DNA of 57,638 nucleotides from Thermoplasmatales archaeon (GTDB taxonomy: Archaea > Thermoplasmatota > Penumbrarchaeia > Penumbrarchaeales > Penumbrarchaeaceae): assembly GCA_030595715.1 (NCBI GenBank), contig JAUVCN010000002.1, positions 1 through 57,638 of the forward strand. The letters run 5' to 3'. A model generated the notes under the pieces. The model searched no databases. It was given only the letters and a program-made list of their open reading frames with translations, and was not told the origin of the DNA. A program made the translations under genes and the position numbers. Shown here in pieces: positions 10,768 through 19,351 of the stretch; position 1 is the first letter of the stretch; every line of letters starts with the position of its first letter.

Positions 10768-10826
10768 TATACTTCGAGTCATAGTGAATATTCGTTAGTT
10801 CAAATGTTTACACTATCTATAATCTA

Positions 10827-10946
10827 ACACAAACGTGAAAAAATCAAAATTTTACATGTCCCAATATTCACACCCTGCATTATCCATTCAAGGATCCTCG
10901 ATAATGAATAATGAATGGATAGAAAAGTGCAGGGAGAGGGATTCGA
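10827..10946. repeat. Direct repeat copy A: duplicate of the last 18 nt of tRNA-Leu plus ~100 nt of its 3' flank
   Basis: The core at 10855-10946 (92 nt) matches 11077-11168 with one mismatch. It contains gcagggagagggattcga (acceptor/T-arm 3' end of the tRNA) and the 10-bp-stem hairpin tatccattca/tgaatggata. Confidence 0.8.
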
Positions 10947-11048
10947 TACAGCCAAATCCTTACTGGATTTCGCGTACATTGAGGCATAGTTATTGAAGTG
11001 ATGCCTCAATGACCAAGGTTCGAATGTTTGCACAATCCCAGATTGTGC

Positions 11049-11168
11049 ACACACGTGAAAAATCTATTATTTTTCACATGTCCCAATATTCACACCCTGC
11101 ATTATCCATTCAAAGATCCTCGATAATGAATAATGAATGGATAGAAAAGTGCAGGGAGAGGGATTCGA
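11049..11168. repeat. Direct repeat copy B (the authentic 3' flank and 3' end of tRNA-Leu)
   Basis: Same sequence as copy A, 222 nt away. It continues into the intact tRNA. Confidence 0.8.
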
Positions 11169-11233
11169 ACCCACGAACCACTAAGGATCGGATCTTAAGT
11201 CCGACGCCGTTGGCCAAGCTAAGCTATCCCTGC
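11150..11233 (-). tRNA. tRNA-Leu (anticodon UAA), class II with a long variable arm; CCA not encoded
   Basis: The reverse complement reads GCAGGGATAGCTTAGCTTGGCCAACGGCGTCGGACTTAAGATCCGATCCTTAGTGGTTCGTGGGTTCGAATCCCTCTCCCTGC plus discriminator A. Acceptor stem is 7 bp. Anticodon stem TCGGA/TCCGA with loop CTTAAGA. T-loop is GGTTCGAATCC. There is one U-U mismatch in the T-stem. Confidence 0.85.
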
Positions 11234-11291
11234 AATATTTTTATTTCAGCAAAAGCAGGGATAGTATTTAGGGCCAACGGCGTCCCGAGAA
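11211..11291. repeat. 81-nt unit 1: tRNA-Leu 5' 23 nt, 21-nt spacer, and an inverted copy of the tRNA 5' half
   Basis: Inverted arms gacgccgttggcc...ctatccctgc (11203-11233) and gcagggatag...ggccaacggcgtc (11255-11284). The mismatched centre reads TAAATACTAT on the tRNA strand, a possible TATA box. Confidence 0.75.
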
Positions 11292-11374
11292 CTTCGTTCG
11301 AGGTTGTGACGCCATGATCGGTTTAGTGAAACCGATAGATTCCGTCAACGCTTATTACGAAATAAAAAGGGTTG

Positions 11375-11455
11375 TGGCCAAGCTAAGCTATCCCTGCGAT
11401 ATTATTTATTCTGCAAAAGCGGGGATAGTATTTAGGGCCAACGGCGTCCCGAGAA
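11375..11455. repeat. 81-nt unit 2: second copy of unit 1 with only a 23-nt tRNA 5' fragment
   Basis: 75 of 81 positions are identical to 11211-11291, at an offset of 164 nt. No tRNA body follows. Confidence 0.75.
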
Positions 11456-11490
11456 TATTTTGTGATGATCTAAGAAGCAAATCTATATAG

Positions 11491-13086
11491 TTATTTTATT
11501 AGTGTCTCGTAATATTCTATCTGAGCTATTAGGGTTATCTCATTTCCATTATCGGCCCTTCTTCTTATTCCAACAGGATCAACTATCGGTGTCTGATCTC
11601 CTGCTTCAACACATCTTATGTGCACTGACGCATCAACATTTGTCATGTTCATGGGATCTGATACCCACACAAATAATATCGATCCTGAATCTGTTGGTCC
11701 TTCTTCCATGATATCAGAACCTGTCACGTCGAATGTTGCAAAGAAAGAATCCGGTTGGTTGGAATATCTGAAACCGGTTGGATCCTCGTCCATCCAGAAC
11801 ACCGAGATCTTTATAGATGAGATCAGCCAGGTATCATTCATCGGTATATTCAGATTTTGTTCATCACCTTCTGCAACATAGATCGATTCCGTAAACGAGA
11901 AAATGATCCTGTTATCATCTATCCCATAAGGGTCCTCATTTACAATTATTAAACTCCCATCAGGAATGATGGCTCCGGGACCTGAAAGTAGCAAAGTTAG
12001 CATTACCACTATTACAACCGAAAATGTGGTCCTTGTCACCCTTGTACGAAATTTTAATTTACTTGAATCCATCGATCGGAACAATCCTATTAACCTTGTA
12101 TCAGAAAGATGGTCACCTATCCTATCAGAAATATCGGACAATGGTCTTATGGGACCCCATCCAAATGACCTGTCAGGTCTATCTTTCTTCCATAATGTGG
12201 AATATGCTATGTTCAACAGATAACCCGTAATGATAGCCACCGGGATCAATGCGGAAAGCCAAAGGATCTCTTGAATATGTCCCAATTCAAAAAAACTGTC
12301 CTTCAATTGGAAATTCAGTATCCATACGGAAAGGACCCAATCCCAGAAACCATGCATTATGATCGGACCCCATATGTTCCTTGATTGGAAGTAGAATATT
12401 CCCAGCACCGAGCCCATAGTGAAGGTCCAGCATAGGGTAAAGAGGACCTGTATCGGAGATAGACCGTATACAAGGAAATATATCGGGAGATGGGAAAGTG
12501 CAAACATCGCAGATGCTATCATCATTCCGGTGGATGGTTTGAAGGATCTGCCTACCTGGTCCTGAAGAAATGACCTGTACTGGAGTTCTTCTACCGGTCC
12601 AACAATGAAAAAGAAAGTGAATGTCATCAAAAGGAACCAAACCAGGTCACCATTTGCAACGGATGTTTTCCATAGTGAGATCATCCCCGTTGTTGATGGA
12701 ACTACCTGTCCGCTCACAACGAGGATCAACCAGTTAGCCCCCTGATAAAGGATCATAAGGACAGCAGCGGCTATAGCTCCAATCGTGACGGAAGTGAATA
12801 GATTCTTCTTTGTAAATTTCCAGGGAAGTCCTTTTTCCTTTGCAATGAACTTCCAGTATATCAGGATCGGTCCCAATCCAATAATAGGAGCGGCAAAAAT
12901 ATGGAATATGAAACCAATTCTGGAAAAAGCAGATTCAATGATGGGAAGTGAAAGATATCGGTATGTGGCCCATAACAACCATTCAACCAGAATGACACTC
13001 AATAATATCATCAAATGGGTCCATTTGTTCCGTATTGGCCTACTACCGACAGGTGGGACACCATTCCAAATGTCTCTATCTTCCAT
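11491..13086 (-). CDS. CPBP-family intramembrane glutamic endopeptidase (CAAX protease-like) with a C-terminal extracellular domain
   Basis: 531 aa and multi-TM. CPBP motifs VEELQYRSF (EExxxR), FALSHLP (FxxxH) and HGFWDW. A further TM precedes a ~170-aa beta-rich C-terminal domain. Confidence 0.8.
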   Translation of the reverse strand: MEDRDIWNGVPPVGSRPIRNKWTHLMILLSVILVEWLLWATYRYLSLPIIESAFSRIGFIFHIFAAPIIGLGPILIYWKFIAKEKGLPWKFTKKNLFTSVTIGAIAAAVLMILYQGANWLILVVSGQVVPSTTGMISLWKTSVANGDLVWFLLMTFTFFFIVGPVEELQYRSFLQDQVGRSFKPSTGMMIASAMFALSHLPIYFLVYGLSPIQVLFTLCWTFTMGSVLGIFYFQSRNIWGPIIMHGFWDWVLSVWILNFQLKDSFFELGHIQEILWLSALIPVAIITGYLLNIAYSTLWKKDRPDRSFGWGPIRPLSDISDRIGDHLSDTRLIGLFRSMDSSKLKFRTRVTRTTFSVVIVVMLTLLLSGPGAIIPDGSLIIVNEDPYGIDDNRIIFSFTESIYVAEGDEQNLNIPMNDTWLISSIKISVFWMDEDPTGFRYSNQPDSFFATFDVTGSDIMEEGPTDSGSILFVWVSDPMNMTNVDASVHIRCVEAGDQTPIVDPVGIRRRADNGNEITLIAQIEYYETLIK

Positions 13087-13098
13087 GGAGTATGATTG

Positions 13099-13935
13099 TC
13101 AGCCTTTCTTGAAAACCATTTCGCCTACATCAACACCAAGATCCTTTGATATGACATCACATTTAACAACCAGCAAGAAAAAGATGTCCTTGACCTCTGA
13201 GAGGCTTTCATAGTTACCCTGCCCTTTTACTATTATTATGTCGCTTTTATCGTTTTCAATATCCTCAGGGGTAACCCAGCCGTCATGATCCAGTTCAATG
13301 ATGTTGACACCATCTAAATCGTTCAATCCGGCATATTCTGCATCTTCCCTTGTGACATCATTCAGTAACGGGACCTTCTTGACATATGCATCTATCACGA
13401 TGTATGGATGATCCCTGATGATCTCCTTCATGAACGATCCATCAAGGATCACCTCTCCCGAATTATCTAGATAGTAGGATATCCTTCTTGCATTCTTCAA
13501 CTCATCCTTGAATTCATCCATGTCATCGATACCCAACCCTGATCCAACCGCCCTCATTAGGGTATGTTCAAGGTCCAATTGATTTGCTGCACCATAATCA
13601 ATAACATTTCCTGCAATGGCCATCAATGCGGATAGTCGAGATCGGTCTCCGGAATCATCAAGCATTCTATCGAGGTCGGGGATTATATCCTTAACATGGG
13701 AAGTAGAGGAGTCTTTCAGGTCCTTGTAAGGATCACGTGATACTCCCAGTTCAATAAGCCGGTCATGTAGAACAAGTGAAACTCCTACAGGGGGCAGGGT
13801 CATATCAATTTCCGAAAGGATCTTCAGTGATCCTCTCATCGCCAGGTCCATCTGTTCCTGCGACATATCTGACCCCTCCATCTCCATCAGGACCTGTTTT
13901 ATAAAACAGGGAATACATGATAATCTCATCTTCAT
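13099..13935 (-). CDS. DUF89 / ARMT1-like damage-control phosphatase
   Basis: 278 aa. N-terminal CIPCFIKQ, GNVIDYG, YYLDNSGE and KGQGNYES motifs are typical of the DUF89 family. Confidence 0.8.
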   Translation of the reverse strand: MKMRLSCIPCFIKQVLMEMEGSDMSQEQMDLAMRGSLKILSEIDMTLPPVGVSLVLHDRLIELGVSRDPYKDLKDSSTSHVKDIIPDLDRMLDDSGDRSRLSALMAIAGNVIDYGAANQLDLEHTLMRAVGSGLGIDDMDEFKDELKNARRISYYLDNSGEVILDGSFMKEIIRDHPYIVIDAYVKKVPLLNDVTREDAEYAGLNDLDGVNIIELDHDGWVTPEDIENDKSDIIIVKGQGNYESLSEVKDIFFLLVVKCDVISKDLGVDVGEMVFKKG

Positions 13936-14055
13936 TTACTACCCCTGTACTTGGAATGATTGTTCCAAAATAAACCTTTCTCCCAGTAGATAGTTGGAAA
14001 GAATAAATAACAATGATGTTATAATCGGCAGTTAATATACCTTGGGGGGCCAATC

Positions 14056-17000
14056 ATGAGAACCTACAAGACTCTGTTTATGTTTATATTGACCGCAATC
14101 CTGATATTCCCAGCATATATGATCGGATCAAGTGACCCTTCCACCAACGAAGGAAATATCATTACCCCAACAAGGGAGGGTGAATTGGACTTCCAGGTCA
14201 TAGACGAAACAATGATACCATCAACTACCGAAAAACCTCTGAACTCGACATATTTCATACCTATCCCCGAAGGATCAACGGTTCTATCAGCAAGCGCATC
14301 TGTTTCTGTAAAACCACTTACCGATGAAGGTGATGAATATCCGAACGATGCATGGATAAATGTCGCTGGAAGGAGCAAAGAGTATATCTTCAATAACGAG
14401 GAGGTATCCTTTCAAGGAGCATGGGGGAGGAACTATCAATCATCTGATGGTTTACTGAATACATCAGAGTTCACAACATCATCTGGATCCGAAAAGGTCA
14501 GGTTCTCTCTTCCGAAGAATGCATCTATAACAAGTGCAACATTCAACATCACCGGATATCAGAGGGCCGAGGAGATCATCGAGACGAATGTATCCGGCAT
14601 CACTGCAGGTTCCCATTTTGGCGAGGTAATAAGGGTTCTTGGAGATACGAACAATGCTGGCAGTGATGAAGTCCTTGTTTCAGCACCTATGGATAGCGTA
14701 GGTGCAGGAAGGGTCTATTATCTCTATATTGATACATTAACTGATCATGTAAGAGCATTATCATTCGCTTCCATTTCACAGTCCAACGCTAATTTTGGTG
14801 CTTCTATCTCTGGCGTGTTCAATTATCATGATTCGGTCAATGATTACATTGCGATCGGCGCCCCTTCAGACCAGTTGAACAAAGTTGGATCCGTCAGGGT
14901 CTATCAGTATCGTGCGAACATGGGATCGTCCGTTGTAGATATCATGATCATCGGGAATAATACCGGCGATCTGTTCGGGTCCGCTATCGAGGCTGCAGAC
15001 CTGAACGACGACGGAGAAACAGAACTTATCATTGGTGCCCCGGATGCAGAAGGCGGATTGGGTGTTGTGTATGTCTTCTCCATCGATAGCACTGGTGCAA
15101 AACTCTACACGGCAATTAACGGTTCATCGGGCGAAGAACACTACGGGAAGGATATCTCTGTTGGAGACATGAACGGAGACGGCATAGATGACGTTGCAGT
15201 AGCATCGGACTCATATGTCCGTGTCTATCTGGGAGGTTCCACCATCGATGTGATAGCTGATGCTAAATTCGATCCTGTAGGGGATTCGGGACAACAGGGT
15301 GGTGTAATCTCGTCCATGAAATTCATGGGCGATACAGGACCTGGTCTGGAGACACTTGCCGTGGGCATACCGATCTCCGTTTCAGGTGCCGTCGTGATCT
15401 ACAATGGAGGATCGACCATTGATACCATAATGGACCTTAAACTTGTTCCGGGAGTCAGGGTGGAGGAGTTCGGATCTTCCATCGGCTTTGGCGATATGGA
15501 CAATGATAATATCAACGAGATAATAGTAGGTTCTTCCTACTCAAGCGGAGGAGCCAATGTGGCGAAGGTCTTCAAGAGAAGTAGTTCAAGTGCCTGGAAG
15601 GACGTTCCCACAAAAGGGAATGTTGGTGATCGCTTCAGCTATTCCGTCGGCATAGCTGACCTTAGAGGGCATGATGACATATTCGGAGATGTGATCATCG
15701 GTGCACCACAATTCATCGGATCATCCACATCCGGACCGGGTAAGATCTACCATTTCGATCATTTCGATATATCAACACTTCCCAGTAATTCTCCTTTCAT
15801 CTCCATCAACGGAAACACCGTATGGACGTATCAAGAGGACCATTTGTATAGTACCGTAACATCAGGAGATGTATCCGCAAGTATCAATTCTTATCTATCA
15901 TCTACATCTCCAGATTATAATTCCGATCATGAGGGCTTTGTCTACATTGACATCTTGTTCGGTTCCCTTACAAGCCTGAACATTGAAAGATCTAACAGGT
16001 TCAGGGTATCCGGTTATGATATCAGATATGACGAGACGATCCTATTCGATGATATGACATCGGACATCAACACCTATATTAATCTTGAACTCGGAATTGA
16101 AAAAAAGATCGAGATAGATGGAAAGACACATATTATGGTTCCCTTCACATTCTCGGCCGCTACCCCTGGAAGGATATACATCGATACGATCTATATTGAA
16201 CTGGATGAAATTCCCTATTTCGAAGATCGCCCTGATATCATCCATGTTCTCGAAGATTCATTCAACGACAATGTTTTGGACCTTTATTCTGTCTTTTCAG
16301 ATGATCTTACTGCTGACCCTTATCTGAATATTTCCGTAACTGCAACTGGTACTGATTCCAAGTTCATTAATCTGTATATAAAGGATCACAGGTATCTCGC
16401 TGTAGACCTCACATACGGACCAGATACCAATGGTGACAAAGAAAGGGACAATGCGAACTGGACCGGTACTATCCCCATCTTGTTCACTGTCATTGACGAT
16501 ATTGGTGGAAGGTTCATCTCTCCACTCATAGATCTTACGGTCGATGGAGTGAATGATGCTCCCGCCATTTCTCAGGACCCACCCCGGATCATAGGGCAGG
16601 ACGATCTTTTCACATATTCACCCGGAGCAGTAGATGACGAGCTTGATGATATCAACTATACTCTGGACATGTCAAGAAGTCCTGAAAATATGTCTATCGA
16701 TCACGAATTTGGCACCGTCATTTGGAGACCCGGTCCCTGGGATGTTGGAATGAACAACTGGTCACTGGTACTCAGCGATGGTGTAGATGAAAGGAGATAC
16801 ACATTCTCCCTTGATGTCAACAACGAACCCGATGATCCGATATTCGTATCTCCCGCACCTGTAGTTCCTGATGGTGTATTGGTTGGATCAACATTCGAGT
16901 ATCAGTTCAGGGCAGTTGATCCCGACCCAGGTGATCGCCTTACCTATATTATCGTCTTCCCGGTCCAAGGGGCCGGAATTGAGATCCAGACGGGATTGTT

Positions 17001-18117
17001 CACATGGACGCCATCTCAGCATTATCCGGAACCGGTAGAATTCGTCATCAGGGCAAGGGATCCGGAAGGAGCTTCTGCCGATCTCTCATTCACGCTCAAC
17101 ACTACTTTCATTGACAACCCACCCGATCTTGTTGATCATCCAGACACAGTATTATTCGACACCCGGGAATGGGTATTCCCTTTCCAGTTGATCGATCCGG
17201 AGGAACACAGGATAGTTGTTAAGGTATTGGAAGCCCCGGAAGGGCTTGAATACAGTCTTGTCACTCAAAACATCACGTGGACACCTTCCGTTACCCAGAT
17301 CGGGTCCTTTAACCTATCAATGGAGGTGACCTCGACCAATTTCATTATCTATTTCAACTATACATTGGAAGTGATCCAGTCTCCAAGAGATTGGACCTTC
17401 ACATTGGAAGGACTCGAAACCGGTCAAACATTTAAAGGAAGTATACAGATCGGTGGTGAGCTCGTTCTCACTCCAAGTGAGATCGAAAAAGTATTGATCC
17501 GGATAGGTGAAGGAGAATGGATGGAGGCAACGTTTGCAGAAGGTAGATGGGCATATGACCTTGATACGACCAAATTCGAAGATGGGGAGTATACCATACA
17601 GATCAGGGCTTTCGATGGTGCTGTCTATTCCAATACGGAATCAATCACCGTCACATTCAAGAACGAGGTGGAAAGAACATCTCCACTGATATACATCCTG
17701 ATCGCCTTCATCATCCTGATCCTGATAGGTCTGATCGTAGGTGGTTTCTTGCTATTCCGAAGGGCTCAATCCAAAAAGGAAGAGGCAGAGGTCAAAGCAC
17801 GCCAGGAGGAAGCTTTGAATGCATCTAAGAGGTCAATGGATGTTTTCCTCGAAGAAACCGGCTCGGACCTCGACAGCAATATCGATTATTCATCATTGGA
17901 CCTGACAGAACAGGATGCCGAGGGGAAGGACATGTCCCAGATCGATGAGATCTTTCAGCCATTGAACATACCAAATGAGGAGTTGCAGGATAGTGATTTC
18001 GATATCCCGGAGGATCCTCTTTCAAATGTAGCCGTTTCAGAATCTGTTGTTCCATCCAGCGAACCTTTCATGGGAGAATCCATGCAGATCGAAGACATAG
18101 AGGATGTTTCCGGATAA
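14056..18117 (+). CDS. Integrin-alpha-like surface protein: FG-GAP repeat beta-propeller, He_PIG/cadherin-like Ig domains, a TM and a ~120-aa acidic cytoplasmic tail
   Basis: 1353 aa with an N-terminal signal/anchor. Repeated FG..h..gDhNgDG..DhhhGAP units (AADLNDDGETELIIGAP, VGDMNGDGIDDVAVAS, FGDMDNDNINEIIVGS). DGVNDAPAIS and FEYQFRAVDPDPGDRLTY are He_PIG-like motifs. TM LIYILIAFIILILIGLIVGGFLLF. Confidence 0.85.
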   Translation: MRTYKTLFMFILTAILIFPAYMIGSSDPSTNEGNIITPTREGELDFQVIDETMIPSTTEKPLNSTYFIPIPEGSTVLSASASVSVKPLTDEGDEYPNDAWINVAGRSKEYIFNNEEVSFQGAWGRNYQSSDGLLNTSEFTTSSGSEKVRFSLPKNASITSATFNITGYQRAEEIIETNVSGITAGSHFGEVIRVLGDTNNAGSDEVLVSAPMDSVGAGRVYYLYIDTLTDHVRALSFASISQSNANFGASISGVFNYHDSVNDYIAIGAPSDQLNKVGSVRVYQYRANMGSSVVDIMIIGNNTGDLFGSAIEAADLNDDGETELIIGAPDAEGGLGVVYVFSIDSTGAKLYTAINGSSGEEHYGKDISVGDMNGDGIDDVAVASDSYVRVYLGGSTIDVIADAKFDPVGDSGQQGGVISSMKFMGDTGPGLETLAVGIPISVSGAVVIYNGGSTIDTIMDLKLVPGVRVEEFGSSIGFGDMDNDNINEIIVGSSYSSGGANVAKVFKRSSSSAWKDVPTKGNVGDRFSYSVGIADLRGHDDIFGDVIIGAPQFIGSSTSGPGKIYHFDHFDISTLPSNSPFISINGNTVWTYQEDHLYSTVTSGDVSASINSYLSSTSPDYNSDHEGFVYIDILFGSLTSLNIERSNRFRVSGYDIRYDETILFDDMTSDINTYINLELGIEKKIEIDGKTHIMVPFTFSAATPGRIYIDTIYIELDEIPYFEDRPDIIHVLEDSFNDNVLDLYSVFSDDLTADPYLNISVTATGTDSKFINLYIKDHRYLAVDLTYGPDTNGDKERDNANWTGTIPILFTVIDDIGGRFISPLIDLTVDGVNDAPAISQDPPRIIGQDDLFTYSPGAVDDELDDINYTLDMSRSPENMSIDHEFGTVIWRPGPWDVGMNNWSLVLSDGVDERRYTFSLDVNNEPDDPIFVSPAPVVPDGVLVGSTFEYQFRAVDPDPGDRLTYIIVFPVQGAGIEIQTGLFTWTPSQHYPEPVEFVIRARDPEGASADLSFTLNTTFIDNPPDLVDHPDTVLFDTREWVFPFQLIDPEEHRIVVKVLEAPEGLEYSLVTQNITWTPSVTQIGSFNLSMEVTSTNFIIYFNYTLEVIQSPRDWTFTLEGLETGQTFKGSIQIGGELVLTPSEIEKVLIRIGEGEWMEATFAEGRWAYDLDTTKFEDGEYTIQIRAFDGAVYSNTESITVTFKNEVERTSPLIYILIAFIILILIGLIVGGFLLFRRAQSKKEEAEVKARQEEALNASKRSMDVFLEETGSDLDSNIDYSSLDLTEQDAEGKDMSQIDEIFQPLNIPNEELQDSDFDIPEDPLSNVAVSESVVPSSEPFMGESMQIEDIEDVSG

Positions 18118-18235
18118 GAGGATTCCGATCGAACCATCCTGGAACCTCCATGCCCCCTGAATGAAAAAACAGGAAAATGCCATCCAATTTCCCCACTATC
18201 ACCCCCATTCCATTGGATATTACAGTTATCCGGGG

Positions 18236-18252
18236 ATAAACTATATAATAAT
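18236..18252 (+). promoter_or_regulatory. Putative BRE/TATA element for sepF
   Basis: ataaactatataataat lies 55-70 nt upstream of the ATG at 18307. SD-like aggaggga at 18293-18300. Small 5' UTR hairpin gaaacc/ggtttc at 18272-18286. Confidence 0.4.
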
Positions 18253-18306
18253 AGAATCAAATCCCCTTCAAGAAACCGGTGGTTTCCCTTTCAGGAGGGA
18301 TTGTAA

Positions 18307-18708
18307 ATGGGTTGGTTCAGAAAGAAGGCAGAGTTGGAGGAGGATTATCCAGAGGATGATTACCATACAGGTAGAGCCTATATTGATCTAGGCCTCCTGA
18401 AAGGCAGAGAGACGGAGACTGCAAGATCGGGCGGTGGCCCTTTCATCAAGTTCGCCGATATCGATGGTTACAGGCAGATACCTGAACTTTCGAATATGGT
18501 TTACGAAGGCAACATCCTTGTTCTTGATTTCACACCTATAGCAAATGATGATCTTGAGTTAAAAAGGACCATCACCGAGCTAAAAAGGGTCGTTGAGGAC
18601 ATTCAAGGGGATATTGCTGGTATCTCTCAGAATCTCCTCATAATAGCCCCCAAAGGCTTTTGCATTGATAAAAAGAAGATGAAGAGACTTCAGAAGAACA
18701 GGTTGTAA
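18307..18708 (+). CDS. sepF: Cell division protein SepF (archaeal FtsZ membrane anchor)
   Basis: 133 aa. N-terminal amphipathic MGWFRKK. The core YIDL...IKFADIDGYRQIPELSNMVYEGNILVLDFTPI...ELKRVVEDIQGDIAGISQNLLIIAPKG matches the archaeal SepF pattern. Confidence 0.85.
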   Translation: MGWFRKKAELEEDYPEDDYHTGRAYIDLGLLKGRETETARSGGGPFIKFADIDGYRQIPELSNMVYEGNILVLDFTPIANDDLELKRTITELKRVVEDIQGDIAGISQNLLIIAPKGFCIDKKKMKRLQKNRL

Positions 18709-18734
18709 TACCGATTCACTGAAGATGATCGTTC

Positions 18735-19331
18735 ATGGATGAAAAGATCCACATAAATTGCCCTGGATGTAGTGATGCGTCCCTTGATATCATCAATGAC
18801 GAGATGACCATACCACATTTTGGAGATGTAATAATATCAACATTGATCTGCCAAAAATGTGGTTATCGCACCTCTGATGTCATTTCTGTTGGATCAAAAG
18901 AGCCCAACAGATATTCTATACATGTTACAAGGTCAGAAAATCTGTCGGTCAGGGTAATAAGATCATCCACCTCTGTCGTCATCATCCCGGAAATGGGTGT
19001 TCGAATAGATCCAGGGATCATTCAAGAAGGATACATTACAAATGTTGAAGGGGTTCTCCATCGAGTGCTTCCCATTCTTGAACAGATACTTCAGGATATA
19101 TCCCTTGATCCCGGATCATTCGATGATGCTGAAGAACGGATCAGTAGAACCGTAACTTTGATAGAATGGATCAAAATCGTCCTGGAAGAGAGAATGGAGC
19201 CTCAATATTATTTCCATCTTGTTCTGGAGGACCCAACCGGTAACTCCGCTATCGTCGATGAGAATACTGCAATTGAAAAAGAGTTGCTCACCGAAAAAGA
19301 GGTCGTTGAACTTACGGGTAATATCTCCTAA
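18735..19331 (+). CDS. ZPR1-type zinc-finger protein
   Basis: 198 aa. CPGC-x(25)-CQKC zinc finger followed by the ZPR1 A-domain-like beta region, as in the archaeal C4-type Zn-finger family. Confidence 0.8.
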   Translation: MDEKIHINCPGCSDASLDIINDEMTIPHFGDVIISTLICQKCGYRTSDVISVGSKEPNRYSIHVTRSENLSVRVIRSSTSVVIIPEMGVRIDPGIIQEGYITNVEGVLHRVLPILEQILQDISLDPGSFDDAEERISRTVTLIEWIKIVLEERMEPQYYFHLVLEDPTGNSAIVDENTAIEKELLTEKEVVELTGNIS

Positions 19332-19351
19332 AGTATCATTGATGATAACGA

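Noticed and set aside
10824-11317. ORFs 10824-11054 (-) and 11009-11317 (+) in the tRNA region.
   Set aside because: They run straight through the tRNA-Leu gene and its repeat copies and have no SD or promoter context. The region is better explained as non-coding repeats.
10827-11455. Possible CRISPR array or integrated mobile element at the tRNA.
   Set aside because: There are only two copies of each repeat (92/120 nt and 81 nt), with no regular repeat-spacer periodicity. No cas, integrase, transposase or cargo genes are present. It is reported only as a scar or duplication of uncertain origin.
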